From assembly GCA_036172245.1 (NCBI GenBank), contig JAYWIR010000046.1, forward strand, positions 496,001-560,000: DNA of 64,000 nt. Reading direction: 5' to 3'. Positions 29,240 to 44,600 of the stretch are shown here, one piece after another; the stretch's first letter is position 1, and each line of letters opens with the position of its first letter. Source of the DNA: Raillietiella orientalis (lineage: Eukaryota). The position numbers and the translations under genes are program-made. The notes under the pieces were generated by a model that was not told the DNA's origin, did not search any database, and saw nothing but the letters and a program-made list of their open reading frames with translations.

Positions 29240-29552
29240 ATGTTCAAAAATATGCTGCATAATAATCCGGTAGTGGGCTTTGCCGGATGTTTGGGTGCTG
29301 TGGGTAAGATGTTTTTTTTATCTTTTCAAATCAAAGTCAATGTTATCCAGGAAGTGCTGCTGCAATTTATGTTGGATATAATGCCTGGAAGTATGACCTT
29401 GATTACAAACGTGAATATTCGATCGAGGATCTAATTAGTAAGCATAAAGAATCCTAGTTTTTCATATACATATATTTTTTGATGTAGTCATTCGTCCAGA
29501 TGATCCACGGGCAAACTATGCTGTGAATCCAGTATGTACAAAATGGCCATGA
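29240..29552 (+). CDS. Small single-TM protein resembling arthropod complex I subunit NDUFA3/B9; exons 29240-29303, 29351-29437, 29488-29552
   Basis: Spliced product MFKNMLHNNPVVGFAGCLGAVGSAAAIYVGYNAWKYDLDYKREYSIEDLIIIRPDDPRANYAVNPVCTKWP*. It has two GT-AG introns (47 and 50 nt), one TM helix and an RPDDPRA motif that I recall from the Drosophila NDUFA3-like protein. The true start may lie upstream. Confidence 0.7.
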
Positions 29553-29612
29553 AGTCTGAAATACTAACATTGTAATAAGTTGAAGCAGAATTAGAGCATT
29601 ATAAATTTACTT

Positions 29613-32600
29613 TTATGTATAGTGAGTAAAATTTTCTAAAGATGAATTTGCTGCAATTGGTTTATGGTGCTTGTCTTGAATAATTCTCTGTTTAAGCCTT
29701 TTGATGAGTCTGAGTCTTTCCAACCAATTTGATGCATACAGTTCTGTATTACTAGATTTTTTACTGCTTTGCAAAATTAAAGATGCCAACTACAACACAA
29801 ATATGCATTCAACAATTTTGACAATTTGTATCAGAAGTTCCACTTTCAAATTCACTACTTTTGTTATCACTGGCTGGTCTGTCAATTAAAGGACAGTTCA
29901 CAGGGAATCAAAATACAAATGATTTTAGATATTTGTTGTATACTCCTTCAGTTTTTACAATAAAATCATTTAGTTGCTTAATTTTGCTGTTGGTACACAA
30001 GTTGGTACACACATGCAGATACACAAAACCAAAATTCCATTTTAATGATGCAGAGGAAAACTATAATGAAGCAAAATTTGACCTAAGAAAGGTAATCTGT
30101 ATAGGACCGTTGATTTTATTACACCCGCAATGAAGCACTCGAAGTTTAAAAGTAATCAGGGCTAACTTATCAATGCAGTCTTTAAAACATTAAATGCTTA
30201 GATGGAATAACTAATTGTAATAACCTGAATGTTCAGTATTATCAACTTGAATTTTTTTTAAAGAGGACTGCAAAAAAATAGAGATCATTCAAATGTGTGG
30301 ATGTGTGGTCTCATTTGGCAGTCTCATCTTATGATGTACATGCAAAGTCGAAATTTCAGCTTGCAGCATTCTCTTCATACTTTATATGCACATGTATAGC
30401 ATTTCGAGAAATGAAGTGTATGACTAGCTGTTTGGCAATACAAAAAACTAATTCTTTTCTCTACAAAATTCTACTTTTCTTAAGAAAGCAAAAGCTACGG
30501 TTTTATTTACATTTTAAGAAATAGAATTTGAAATAATGCGTGCGACTGCAGTGATGAATAAAATCTTAATAATTTTCAGATTTGGTAACAAACTGTTGGT
30601 AACAACAGTTGCACTGTTACTTGATCTATTATTGAATGGCCTATAATCTGTGCACAGATGCTCAACAGTTTGGTAGCCTAAGACAAGAGCTTATTTATGT
30701 AATACACATCAACTATAGGCAAAGTCCAAATAATGTGGTTAACATCTTGGATTGCTTCATTGAACTACAGTAGAACTTTCTGAAAGTTGTGTATACAAAT
30801 TTTAGGGAAAAGTAGGGTAGTTAGCAAAAACAAGAAAAAATAGAGAAGAGCAAGAATGAATTCTGTAAAACCAATATATCCTCTTTGAAATCACTGTGTA
30901 AATCATTTGGTCCTCTTCTCCATGTGAGTCATGGAGAGGAGCCAAGAATTAAAGTATCATAAAAGATTAGTTGGCTGTGATGGTAGAGAACACTACATTA
31001 TAATTGGAGCAATTATCTAGCTAAGCATCTAATTAATTGAACGAGTACAGAGGAAAAACTATATGCACATGCTTAGTATAAACCAAACATTTACAAAAAT
31101 TCACATTTGTTAACCTAAATTCATGGGTAATGGATTCAGGTTCACATTTGTAAAATGACTTTGCTAAAGATTGTTTTTAAAAATAATATTTAACTTTTCG
31201 AAAGAAATCCAGAGAACAACCTTTCTCTATCACTTTGATAAAAGAAATATTCAAGATAAAGACACAAAAACAAAGCTTCATCATAATGTAATACACTTAC
31301 ACTAGCATGTAAAGCTAAATGCTTGGCAAAAAATGAAGCTCGCTGATCGCTGATTAGTTTTGTTTCTGTTTTACCTAGTAATTCCTCAACTTCATTTTTG
31401 GCAGTTAATCGAATTATATTAAATCCATGAGGCAGTGGTTCCACAACAACACAAGCATGTAAGAATTGCCACTACAACACTAGTTTACATTCACAAAATG
31501 ACAAACTCACCTTAAACCAATTCATATTGAAGGGATCACCACTTTCATTATATACAATTATTACTGAATCGTTGCCAATGTGGCGTTTCTTATTATTGAA
31601 ATGTGAATCATTTTCCTTGTTAGGAAGAAGTGTTGCCACATGAAAAACCACTTGCACAATGTCATCTACCCACAGTATAGTAAAATTTCCATCTTTTCCT
31701 TTTTGGTCTAGTCCGCCCAGAAAAGTGACTTTAGTATCTACTTCATTCAGGAAAACTAATTCACCCAACCCATGTAAAAACTCAGCATAACGTAAAGAAC
31801 CAAACTGATTGGCCAGAATCTCAGACTCATTTTGACTCTGATTTTCGCCAATATAAATGACTCCAATTTTGTGTGTTTCATATGGAGGAATAAGATCGAG
31901 CACTTTCAATGAGCGGTCAAATTCAGCCCTGTTCTCCCCAACAGGAAACACTAGAGGGGTTTCACAGTTTGATTTACCCAGAAAAGTCCTATATGGTGGA
32001 CTTTGCTGCAGCTGCAAAAGAATGAAACTTGAAAGCACATCAGCACTTGAGGTATTAATTTCAACATACCTTGGATTTATACCTATTTGAGGCAATGTTC
32101 TCCTGATTTTGATTTGATTTGGAACTGAAACAGTATGACTTCTATCTCGAAGAACTGGCACAGGGCTACTATGACTAGAGATCTACGCAAAAACTGGCAA
32201 TAATATTTCTAGGTGACTCACTGGTGTTAACCTAACGCTTCCCATAGACATGTAACGTGACTGCAATGGGGACGAATTTACATACTCATACCTTGTAATA
32301 CAAAATACCAAATTCAGTATTAAGTTTGAGATTTCATACAAACATTTGTGGAGAATTCGGTCCACTGCTTACACCACTCTTCTGTGTTAGTGGCTTAATA
32401 ATATCTTCCTATTTAAATATAATATGCAAATAAATATCTTTCACAAAAACTACGCATGATCAACAATACACACAATGTTGAATGTTACACACAATAAGCA
32501 TTGGTCTGGAATAATTGTTAACTTGAGTAAATTTTGATGCACATGATTTATCTGTGTAAAAATGCCAGAAAAGCTTTTATTTTCCACTCAAAATGGTAAG

Positions 32601-35600
32601 TATGAAAATGTCATGCTTATGGAAAAACATGCCATCATGTTAACAACCTGGAATGGAATTGTTCCAGATTTGTAACCTGATTAAGCATCATCAATAATAT
32701 TAACACCAATACTAATGGGACCTTTCTGATTCAAGAGATTGAGAACAATAAATTCATGATACATAGTACAGAAAATTTGATGGCTACGTTAAGGATTAAA
32801 AAGAATTTACTTTGAAAATTTAAAGCAAAACCTTATAAAAAGAACACGCAAAAGTACAGAATGTTATACTGATATTTCAATTTTTTGCGCAATTTTAAAT
32901 GTGCACGAATCTTTGACAAAAATATGAATCTGACTATAGCACTTTATAGTCAGTTCATCTATTTCAAGAATTGAAAAATGATTATTGTATTATTTCTAAA
33001 AAATTTCGGTTTACTTCCATTACTAACAATATTTTGACACTAGTGGATAACTACGTATTTCTTTTCATTATTTCTTAACTGAAATGATGCTACATTAAAT
33101 GGGGAGTGATTTACGGTAGTATGCCATTAAGCAAATTTCAAGACAAAAATTTTTATGAAACAATCCTGATTCTGCTTGTATCTAACAATTTTTCTTACTG
33201 ACAAATGAATATGAATATGACAGTAATTTCAATTGAGATACCACAATTTGTCCTGAGCTTTTTGACCACTTGCACAAGCAAGTAACAATACCAAATTTTA
33301 TCATAAATCGTGATTTGTTTACACAAACATTCACACAACATGCCATGCTTTTTTCCTAAGTGCAAGAACACTTTAACTGATAACTCTCTAGCATTCACAC
33401 AATGGGATTTAATGAAGCATTTTTCCATGCATATTCAATAATGTTTTGTTTAACTATATGTTTAACTCAAATTCTGATTACAAATATCAATATATTAATT
33501 TAGTCTGTTTATATTCAATATACTAACTTAGTATGTTTACATAATTTCAAGAGTATGTTGAAAGTCACTTAACCTCATTTGATGATCCAGAAATATTTGA
33601 TGGAACAAGTTCTTCCGGAATCTTTGGCTCAATCTGAATGCTATTGCTATCAAAATTACTTCTATAATTTGAAGCACCTGGTACTTGTTTCTCAAACTGA
33701 ATACAAAAAATCATGAGGACTAATTCTAAACAATTCACTAGGACACCTTAAGGTAATCTTGGTCATGTTTGCCATGGACATCCTCATTATTTGGGAAATA
33801 CAATCGAGTTAATTCCTTGATAGGAAACTCAGAACCAAATTGTATGGGATTTTGAATTTGCATAATCCAAGATACATCACCTAAATAAAATCTTTATTAA
33901 CAAATCTAATAGAATTTACTACCTGTTGCTCCTCGAATGTAAATTTCAGCCCAGTTCTGGCACCAACAAGTGCAAACAGATTTCTTATTAGCTGGAAAGC
34001 TTCATAAAAGTTTTTTTCCTTCTAAACATCAGTACCTTACATGATACAGTGGATGAATTTGGAGTAGAAGGGCTTTCGTTTGATGCACTTTCGAAACTTT
34101 GCGGCGATGCTGTATTTTCAGTTGAATCCATTAACATAAAATTGGTGTCATGTTTACCAGCTGCTGATTCATGTCTCAATTTAGATTCTCCCATACTAAT
34201 GCGGTCCTAAACAAACGAAGAAAAAAAACATGATTGGAATTAATGCCTACTAGAATGTCTTGAAAAATACAATCAACACAATGCACTTCAGGTACACCTA
34301 TGACCAATGTAGCCAATATTATAAAAATCCAAGTTCCAATATCCAAAAAGGAAACCTTCGCACATTAGCAAGTAATGGTTAATGCACCTACATATATATC
34401 CTAATACACATTTCATGTAAATTGTGTAATGAACTTGCATGTGGAGAACATTCTTAAGTTCAACTCTGCTGCAACAGACAAACACACAAAGGATTACGAA
34501 ATTATAACAGATAATACCATTTAGTAGTGTTTTACTGTCTGCTATCAAACTTCAATGAATTACGAATCGAAATAATTTAGCTTTGAAATAAACGTCACCT
34601 TGTTCACACATTATTTTCGAATTAGTATCGAAAAACTATTTCTTCGAATAACGCCTTTCGCCTTAGTAATAGTGTTCTCCTTCCAATTAATTTGAAAAGT
34701 CACAACTTTTTAATAAGTCTTCTGTTCTATTTTTTGCATTCAGTTGTTTATTCTCTTTTCGTATGGATGTTTAATCTATGTTATTTCATTGCATATAACA
34801 ATAATGAACCACCACTGGTTAAAACTAATAATTTCTGCTAATTTCCATTCCAAGCTACTTTAGTGAAAATTATTTTATATACGATCATTTTCAAACTCAA
34901 ACTGTCTTCAATCTGAATAAGCATTTTTGATTTAAACTTGAATACTTTTTCAGGTTTAGTTGTGCTTATGTACTCCAGCAATGAATACATCACAGAAAAT
35001 GCCATGGATTCGCGAATCACCAAAAAAGGTATTCATTTGAAAAATGTTTTTCTCATTTTTCGCTTTTCACATGTTCAGGAAGGTCTTCTTCAGAGATCGC
35101 ACCAATGTTTGCGTTTTTTTCTTTTTTTTTTTTTAAAAAATGATGTTTCCATTTCCCATATCATCTGATAAATTAATTTTATCTTGAGCCCGGTTGTGCT
35201 TATTTAAGCTTTATATTATAACTGGTTTTGCTTGAAATTACTGTTTTTCTCTTCGGAATTACTTTATCAAGAAACGGCAAAGTGTTCCCCATATGGACAC
35301 ATTTCTTAAACCATTCCGCCTTCTCTCAATTCATTAATTAGCTCTTTCCAATCAATCACATGATCGTAAAACTTCTCTAAGTCTTCTATTATACAAAACA
35401 TTAATATTATTGTATATGTACGAAAATCAGTAAACTTTTGGAGTAGTGGGATCAAAGTATTGTTTGTTTATTATTCTTCAAAAGCAAACCATAAATTATA
35501 GAATCTCTTGATATAGCTTATAATGTAGGAATTCTCGAGTAACTGTCACCATCACAAGTTTCTCAGCAAAACATAGGTATTCATTACGTTCCTTAGTGAA

Positions 35601-38600
35601 GCAGAGACCTGGTCCTGTTACAGATGAAAAAATATTTCTTTATTAACTGAATTCTTGCCAGGAACTCTCATTTTGCCCCAAATGATTTAAAAAAATTTTT
35701 CTTTGACGAATTCTTTGGCTGAAACTCATCAAACTTGTAACTATTGTAACCACAATGATAAATAACATAAACTATTTATATGGAATGCAATCAATACAAG
35801 TCTCTGACTATGTAAGATGGAAAACGCATTTGTTGCCAGCTATTATTCCCATCCAGTATGCATCTTATCTTTTCCTGAATTTGTTCCATTTAAATCTCCA
35901 TCTTTCTCATGAAACATCATAACTATGAAAAGAGGAACTTTCTGATTATTTGCCTTTCAGTTGCAAGGAGAAACAAATCTCATTTATTACTTGCTTTTTA
36001 GAATCATTAGTAGTAATTAAATGTCCATTGTATTCTTTCTTTGGAATATTTTAAATAATTTAGTCTACTTAATGTTGAAACAGTTGACTGTTTCGATATT
36101 TACCACAAGTTTCTACTACTTCTTTCCCTAACGGAACTTTACAAATGCAATCAGACTCTAAATGATGTAAATAATGCTTTTTATTCCTGTTTATTTTATG
36201 CTAAGGCAGAGTTTACTTGAGAGCTCAACTTGTCCATAAATAGCATGATCCTTGAATTTTTTTCTGTCCAAAAGGTGAATTTTTTTTACCCTAAGTAAAC
36301 AAAAAATTAATTTCAAGATATTTGATAATTTTAATGGGAATATGTATTTATATGTATTATATCAAACAATGAACTTTCAAAAGAATCTCCTGTTTCAAAT
36401 TTTCACACTTGTTTTAATTCTTTGCTATAAGCTTGTATTTCAAGTGCTTTTCTTAGTTCCTCAAATAAAAATTTATGCTTTATTCCTTAAGTGAAAACTT
36501 TTTGCTCTTTGAGTGCTCCTTTAAGAACTTTGCTAATTCTTGTCATCAGTTAACAAATCACTTTAAAGGTATTGTAAGCAAAAAATAAAAATTTCCCAAA
36601 CCTGCATGTCTCATCAGTTCTTCTGTTGAAATTCACCACACTTGTCTTGGATAATAAGCATAACAAATATTCGTCGCAACAAATTTAATTGATAATTATC
36701 ACCACTCTAAAATCCGGTACACATTTCTGTTTCTTATTCTGTACATGAATTGCTTCTTTTTTCTTTTCAAGAATCACATTTTGCAGAAAAGCATTTTAGC
36801 ACATTTGGGAAACATACTGAATTTTTCTTACAAATGTATTAAATGTTCTCTTATTATACATTGGCGAAATTACAATTATAATACTGTATTACTCTAATTT
36901 CATTAGCATGCAATCAAGTGCACCTAAATTAATACAGGGAAATGTAACAGAACCAGAACATCAAGATATTCAAAGTTCAACTTGTTTACTAGCATGCGTA
37001 TTATTTCTCAAAACTTCATAACGGAATAAATCACTAAACACGTAGATATACAATCAATGACCCATCGTATAAAACTGACCATGCGGTGTCTAGATGAATT
37101 TAACGCAAGAGCTGAATTATGTCTTCTCCGATTTAGATTCATCTTCTCTAATTCCTCATTGACATGAGCAGCATCTGAAGTCTCTATGAATAAAAAGATT
37201 TGAACTACGGATATCCTCAGAAGTTCATGATGAATTTCTGATTACATTTCAAGTCAAAACAAAATATTTGAATTTTTGCTTTAATTTTTTTAAACATGAT
37301 TAAGATCTTACTAGTCAAAATATTTTTAGTTTCAGTTGATGAGCACATCATCAAGCACTTGCTACAGAGACCATTCTTCATTAAGCTAATTCCACAACCA
37401 CTAGTGGTGATGGTAACAATCTTGTTGCCAATGATCCATGTCTGTGACTTCCCATTTGCAAGAAGGAATTCTGCCAATTTCGATCTATTTTAATGAAAAA
37501 TTTAGTATATAAATAAATTATGTAAGTATGGATTTATAAAATTTCAATACACCAATGCAATGTCTATGGTTGAAGGAAAAATTTTCAGACATTAATGATG
37601 ATAAAACTGAACATTCTCAATGCGCTTTCATTGTAATTTCAGAATTCTGACTTAATATCTACATACCTGTTGCAATATAACACAAAAAACATGAGGAATT
37701 ATTGCATGATTATTGTTAAGATACTTAGATATCTTTTAAAATTCTCAATTAGTGCTCTGAAAATATTTTTGAATTTTTTTTTCTAACCATAAACACCTTA
37801 TGGAGAAACGTGCTCTTCTTTCTGGTCCACCTTGATGCTTCTTTTTAAAATGTTTTTTTATAAATTGACGGCATGCTAAGAGTTTTTAAAATTTACAAGA
37901 AAATTTTTATTATTTTCATAAATTGATCGGAAATTATGCTAAAATCGATTACAGTTTAGCTCCATCACATTACAGAACCATTATTTCCAGTGATTTTGCA
38001 AGTTCGAAGTTAGAATTAATTAACTGTGTTTAAATCTTTAGGCAATTTCTCGCTGATTTATACGTCTCCAGAATTTGCTATCAATTGTGATACAAACCGT
38101 TAAAATCTGGTAATGATGTGTTTGTTCTTGGGCAAACGTTTAAACCATACCATTTTTTGCATTCATTCCTGAGAATAGAATCAATTCTCTTCATTATCGT
38201 CCGAACAATAATGTCTCACAAAATATTAAACTACTTGGAAAAATCCTGATTTCCAAGGTGCAACTCTTAATTCAAATTTTTCATTGACAACTTTTTCAGT
38301 CAAATTAATAAGTTTTCAACTGAAAATCTTTAATTTGTGTTCTGTTCTTCCAGTGCATATACAGACTTTTCATGAAGAACTATATATCGCAATACTTATC
38401 CATTAGCATAAACAATCCTTTTTGATACACTTGGAACATAAAAAATGCATTATATAATTATTATAATGAAATCAAATGTGTTCAGAAAGTCTAAAATTCA
38501 CACAAGTAAAACAGACCTGAAGCAGATAATTACATTTTAAACTAATTAAGAGTTTCAATTGCAAGATTCCAAATTCCGCACAGATGCTCACAATGAAATG

Positions 38601-41600
38601 TCTCTTATGTTTCTATTGCAAAAGTAATTGTTAAGACAGTTACTTACAAAAACATTACTTACGAAACTGTGAAACTGAATACTTAGGTATGATAATCATG
38701 TCAATGTTCAAGATAAACTAACTTACCATAGAGATAAATCAATGGGAAATGGAACTGTTTTATTATTTAGGGTATATTGTCAAACAAATATTACAATCAG
38801 ATTATAAGTTATGAAGTAATCAGAAAAAATGGAATAAACATATTAGGAAAGCTTGGAGAAGTATATGTTCAAAATTTAACTCATTCCATGAAAAAACAAA
38901 CAAATTTTAAAAGCAAATCACCGTTTTGGTTTGTAGCACAATGGAGCAAATGTGTATCTGCTCAAAAAATCCAAACAGGTTTCTGTCAATTCTTTATGAA
39001 AATTTATAGCTTCTGAATCAGATTTTTCTTGATTATTCTTTTTTGACTGAAAAGAAATGACTTTTCATGCAGTTTTTTTTTTAAAAAAAATTAAATATTA
39101 AAATCAAGGAATCAGTGAAAATTTCATTTTCACCTTGGAAAAACCAATTATATACTTACACTATCTGTAGCATTTACTTGAGACTTTGATAGAGAAAGAT
39201 CATTGGTTCTTTCTGATACCCCACTTGAAATACCACAATAGCTTAGAATGCTTGATTCCAGACCCTAAAAAGTTCATCTCAATACAATCTAGATACACAA
39301 ATTCATAAAAGTCAAAAATTGATACTTTTCATGTTGTTTTCAAATGGAACAATAAAAGAAACTGATCATATACTTGATACTTTGGGAAGGATAACATTAT
39401 GAGCAAACTGGAGAGAAAAGTATATTTACTAAGTACTTGAAATTTTGGAAACAAGGCAACACTGCTACATAATATTTGTTGTGGTGTTAGAAACAAAAAG
39501 GACAGTGCCATACCTCAAATGTTGGCATCACCAATTTCAAGTATTGAAAATAGCATAAAACAAACAGATATGCATGAAAGAATAATAGACAAAGAAATAG
39601 ACAGCGTATAGAGAAACATTGCTACATTGGTGCACTGACTAAAACAAATTACCAATAATCTAATAGTTACTGTTTTGAATCAAGCAGAAATTCCCATAAA
39701 AAATGGGATATAAAATGATATACATCAAAAATCATTCAAGTACAAAATATATTTCTTCAATAAGGAAGCTGATAAAAATAATAAATTGATAACTATTAAG
39801 GGTGCAGGAATAAATTAAAAAGGAACTTGGAGATCTTAAAACATATTTGGGGAATAGAAAAACCCATGGTTCACATTACTTTTCAAATTGCAAACAAAAA
39901 AGCTATACAATATTTGAAATTAACAGTTTGACATAGTTTTCAATAACTGTCAGAAAAACGAATCACAAAAAGGCAAGATAGACATCTGAAGACAAATTTT
40001 CAATTGCATTTGATATTCTATACTAAGCATTTGATAGGATAACTGGTGTAGTGTTCCCTTAAACAAAGCAAGCAGCTGTCTGACAACAAGCTGGATTCAC
40101 TCCTTAATTCCAGTACCAAAACAAAATTCAAATGAAAATTGGAATCAAAATTTAGAACAAAGTAATTATAATAGTTCACGTAATAAATTCAAAATGAAAT
40201 GATTAAAGATCTCTGGAAACCAATACTGATTATAACATCAGCTCTTCTGAGTGCAAAATACAATAGATATTTGCAATGAATTATCAAAACAGCATTTTCC
40301 AAAAAACTTCAACAGTATTCTACTTAGCTTTATATAATAGCCAAATGAATAGTATTTAGTTACAATTAACCAAAATCAGAAGCAATTTATCAAAAATATG
40401 ATATCCTTGAAACCAGAAATATCCCGAGAAAGATCGATCACTGAAATAAACTGAATAAAGGTAAACTTAGAATGTGCTTACTTTGATGAAAAATTCGGCG
40501 AAACCTTTTCTAAATTGCTGAGGGCATTTTAGAAACCATATTGATGAAACATGAAGAGCTAGACATACAACAAAGTGATTGTATTTAAAAGGATTTGAAT
40601 AAGGGAGCGCAGTCGTTAAAACTGATAAGTATTCTTCTTCAGTGAGATCTTTATATATATCTGGAAGTCTCACAAGAACTGCAATGGTCAAATTATTTTC
40701 AAATTTCCAATTTACCAGACAAGAATTCCAACACACTAACAGAAATCTGAACTGTTGCACTCAGAATGCTTAAATGGTGTAAGACTTCTGGAATCAACTT
40801 CTGCATAATAACTCTCATTTCTAACAGACAAACTGTAAATGCAGAAATGCACACTTTTGTAGCTTTTTTCAGTCCATCTTCTAATGATTTGATGACACGT
40901 TGTTGCATTTTAAAATCTGCACAAGCAACATAAGGTATTAAAGACTCCAATACTGGAATAATCCAACTTGATAGTTCAACGAATTTATTATCGATGCCTT
41001 TTTTCTGATCATTTCCTGTTTTCATATTTTCTAGATGTCCTTTAGTATCCCTACACTAAAAATAAACTAGCTAAAACAGCATGCAGTCAACTGAATTTAT
41101 AACTTCAGAAGATCCACAAATATTAAGACAAAAAAACATTACATAATTACAAAAGAAACGAAAGCAGAGTTTTAAAAACTCGAAAAATACATATTCTATT
41201 CTTACATTATGAACCCATGATCATAGTCCCAAGTCAGAACAATTAAGTACTCAAAATCATCGATTCTCATCAGCAATGAAATTTGAAAACTTATTGTAAA
41301 GTCTGTTTCTAGTCCCTATCGTAAATAATTCTACTTGCAATGTTCTTTCAATGAATATTGAAAACTGCAAATAGCTTGTTTTATTGATTCTTTAATCTGG
41401 TAGCATGTAATCACCACATTAAATGTTAAGTTACTTTGTTACTTTAAAGTTAAGTTACCTGATATTAATTAATATCATTCATACTAATTATACTTTGAAA
41501 ACCTGAAATATCCCATCAAAAACAAACATCTTTCACTTCTATCAATAAAAGTATTGATTGGGTGCATTTCAATATACTCCTATCTGTACAGTCAGAATCA

Positions 41601-44600
41601 TTTCTAAATACTTCGATTGAGAATTCTATATTGTAGAGAAATCCACTCATATAAAATATTGAAAATCATACTACTGAAAAAACACTTTAGATTTTTTGGA
41701 GAATCCACAATAAAGTCATGTAAAACTGAAGTACCCAAATTAAATGTTCAACAGAAACAAGCCATTCATGCGAATTCGAAATAAAACATAAAACAGAACA
41801 ATTAAATGACTTAAGAATGATAAATGTGCAAACAGATACATTGTAGAGCTGATCAGCTATGGTGAGAAGTGTTACGAATACATAAATGCCATTTTATGGT
41901 TTCTTACAAAACAAACTTGATACAAAAATCAAGAAGCTATCAACATGATACTTCAATAGTGGAAAACAAAACTGCTAAATTAACATGTACCTTTAAATAC
42001 AACAGAAATACATTTTCCTTTATATAAACTTTGAATAAAAAATGAAGGCTGAAAACTTTTACCATATCACATAAAATTGAAGCAAGTAAACAAATATCGT
42101 TTCCGTTTTTTGATAAGAAAAGAGCACGATTTTGGATGATATGAGGAATTTCTTTGAGCACCATCTCCAAAACACGCAAATCTACAAATCAGAATTTTGC
42201 ATCAAAATTAAATAAATCATCTACAAACATAATATGACACCCCATATGCACCATCAGCAAGGTTATATGGTATCATACCAAGAAAATTGGCAAATGGTGA
42301 TGGCTCATAAACTGATGTCAGAACTATATGGTTATCTTAAATAGTGAACTGTAATTAAATAATTAAACAGCTATTTATTTAGTTGATCAGGAAAACTGAA
42401 ATCAACATAACTGCAGTAAATTGTTAAAATAACGTAAAAAGATCATATTTGCATAAACATATACCTACCTGTTTCTTTTTTAAGAGATATGAGCACAGCC
42501 TTAAAGCCTTTCGCAAGTGAAACAGATAATTTCATAGAAGGCTCTACAGATGAGGATGAACCTGTGAAATATGAGGTAAGATTTTTCTTGGCCGAAACAT
42601 CCAGTGTAAGAAATGAAGAAAAGCGATATTTTCCGGGTTTATTTGGATCTGGAAACCCAATATGATGTTGATTATCCATTCTAACCATCAAAAAACATTC
42701 CAGAATCTACAAAAGTGGGAATAAGTTAATGTTGATTCTTGCTTAGGAAGGAATTTTCCATTAACTGACAAGCATATTCGTACTACTTCAATTGTTACAC
42801 TAAATTGACAGTTATACTGACACACACATACATACACATACACAACACATAGGTGTGTGCAGCAACACTGCATGCTATTATCCTTACCATGTATCGTATG
42901 CTGCTCCCATCTTCTACTGATGAAAGAAGACAATACTGCTTATGTAAGTGATCTTCCAAAATAACGAAAATTTTTGCGGACAATTCAGAAGGTTGTTGAA
43001 ACATTTTAATTTTTAATAAATGTATAAGACCTCCAATTACCATTTTCGAAAGAAAATAATTTTCTTTTCTTATTTTTTCATCCTGTACATTGGCTTCTGT
43101 GTAAAGTTTATTGGATATCTGATTAAATGAATGACCTTATGTTCCAACAAAGCAGGATAAGATTTGGATCAAGATTACGACTTTGCTCACTAACCACTAC
43201 TTTCAAATTGAAATTTAAACTTCATATTGAAATACAAATGCATACAGTCACATACTGCAACGATGTGGCATTATAACTATGTTTAGATTTCAATTGACAT
43301 TCTAGACAGGCAAATCCATGTATGATTAAGATAATTCTTAAAATTTATTACACAATAGTTGCTATCACTTAAAATGAGGTAATTTTATGTAGTAGCATTT
43401 AGTGTGTAATAAAATAAATTACATAGACTTGAGTATATTTGCTTAAGCAAACTGAAATCCTGAAACTACTCGTAAAATCCGCACAATTTATTTTCTTAAA
43501 ACCTCTCAAAATCTCATTAATCAATGAATACCTTTTCAAGGATATCTAAAATACCGGTCACATATTTTGAATTGGATACTTCCAGAATTTTCAATAAAAT
43601 GACAATTAGATGCTTTTGAATTTCAACATCACAATCAAGGTCTACTAATGATAACTGGATCAGAAGACAATCTCTAAGCATTTCATCACCATATGCAATC
43701 CTGAAATGGCAAGAATACACTATCACTAATATGAACACAATTAGGGGCATAGCTGATGCTGAGTGTACATGTGATTAAGGGTTGCAATGTTTTTCCAAAA
43801 GCTTGGAATCAAGATGAAAAATCTACAATTCAGGGAATTCTGTTATAACAGACATCACTTCAGAATTGAAATGAGCATTTGAAAAAAACGGATGTTTAAT
43901 ACAAACACATAATCAGCATATTTCACAACTGCAAATATCAGTCATTTTCCCTTAATGCACCACATATTTTGTTTGACATTTCTTTCATGAAGGAGTAATT
44001 CCTTCTGAAAGCTCAAAATTATTCAACTCATTGACACTGTTATGCTATGTAACTCACAGAAATAAAACTAAAAATTAAAATATAAACCGGATGACAAAAT
44101 AACACACAACCTACTCGCAGCAGATAAACATAAAGGTAGTACAGAAAACAAGAAACAAGAAATGATAGTTCCATGAATCTTATAATTTATCTACTTAAAA
44201 CACCACATGGGTAATGATAATATAATTCATGCATTTCAGTTTATGGGATAACCTAATCACGATTGGAATTAAAGAAATACATGTACATTATTAAAATTAC
44301 TCTTCCGTAATGCCTTTTTGCTCACCAAAAGTTTTGTGACTTGCTTTTTACAAATATAATTAATGAATCAGAGAAATGAAGGTGCATCTAATTCTAATGG
44401 TATCTTCCAAATATAAATTGACCAATAATGAAGTTCTCAAAGTTAGTATCGGAAAAGATAATCAAGAAAATAAACTGCTTTTTATAAAATGACTATGATG
44501 TTGAGTTTTTGAAAACACTTAAATTCAATAGAAACTTCAAAGTAATTTGGCAAAAACTTACTGGTTACTCAAGAATAGTTCATAAAAAACGTCCAATGCT

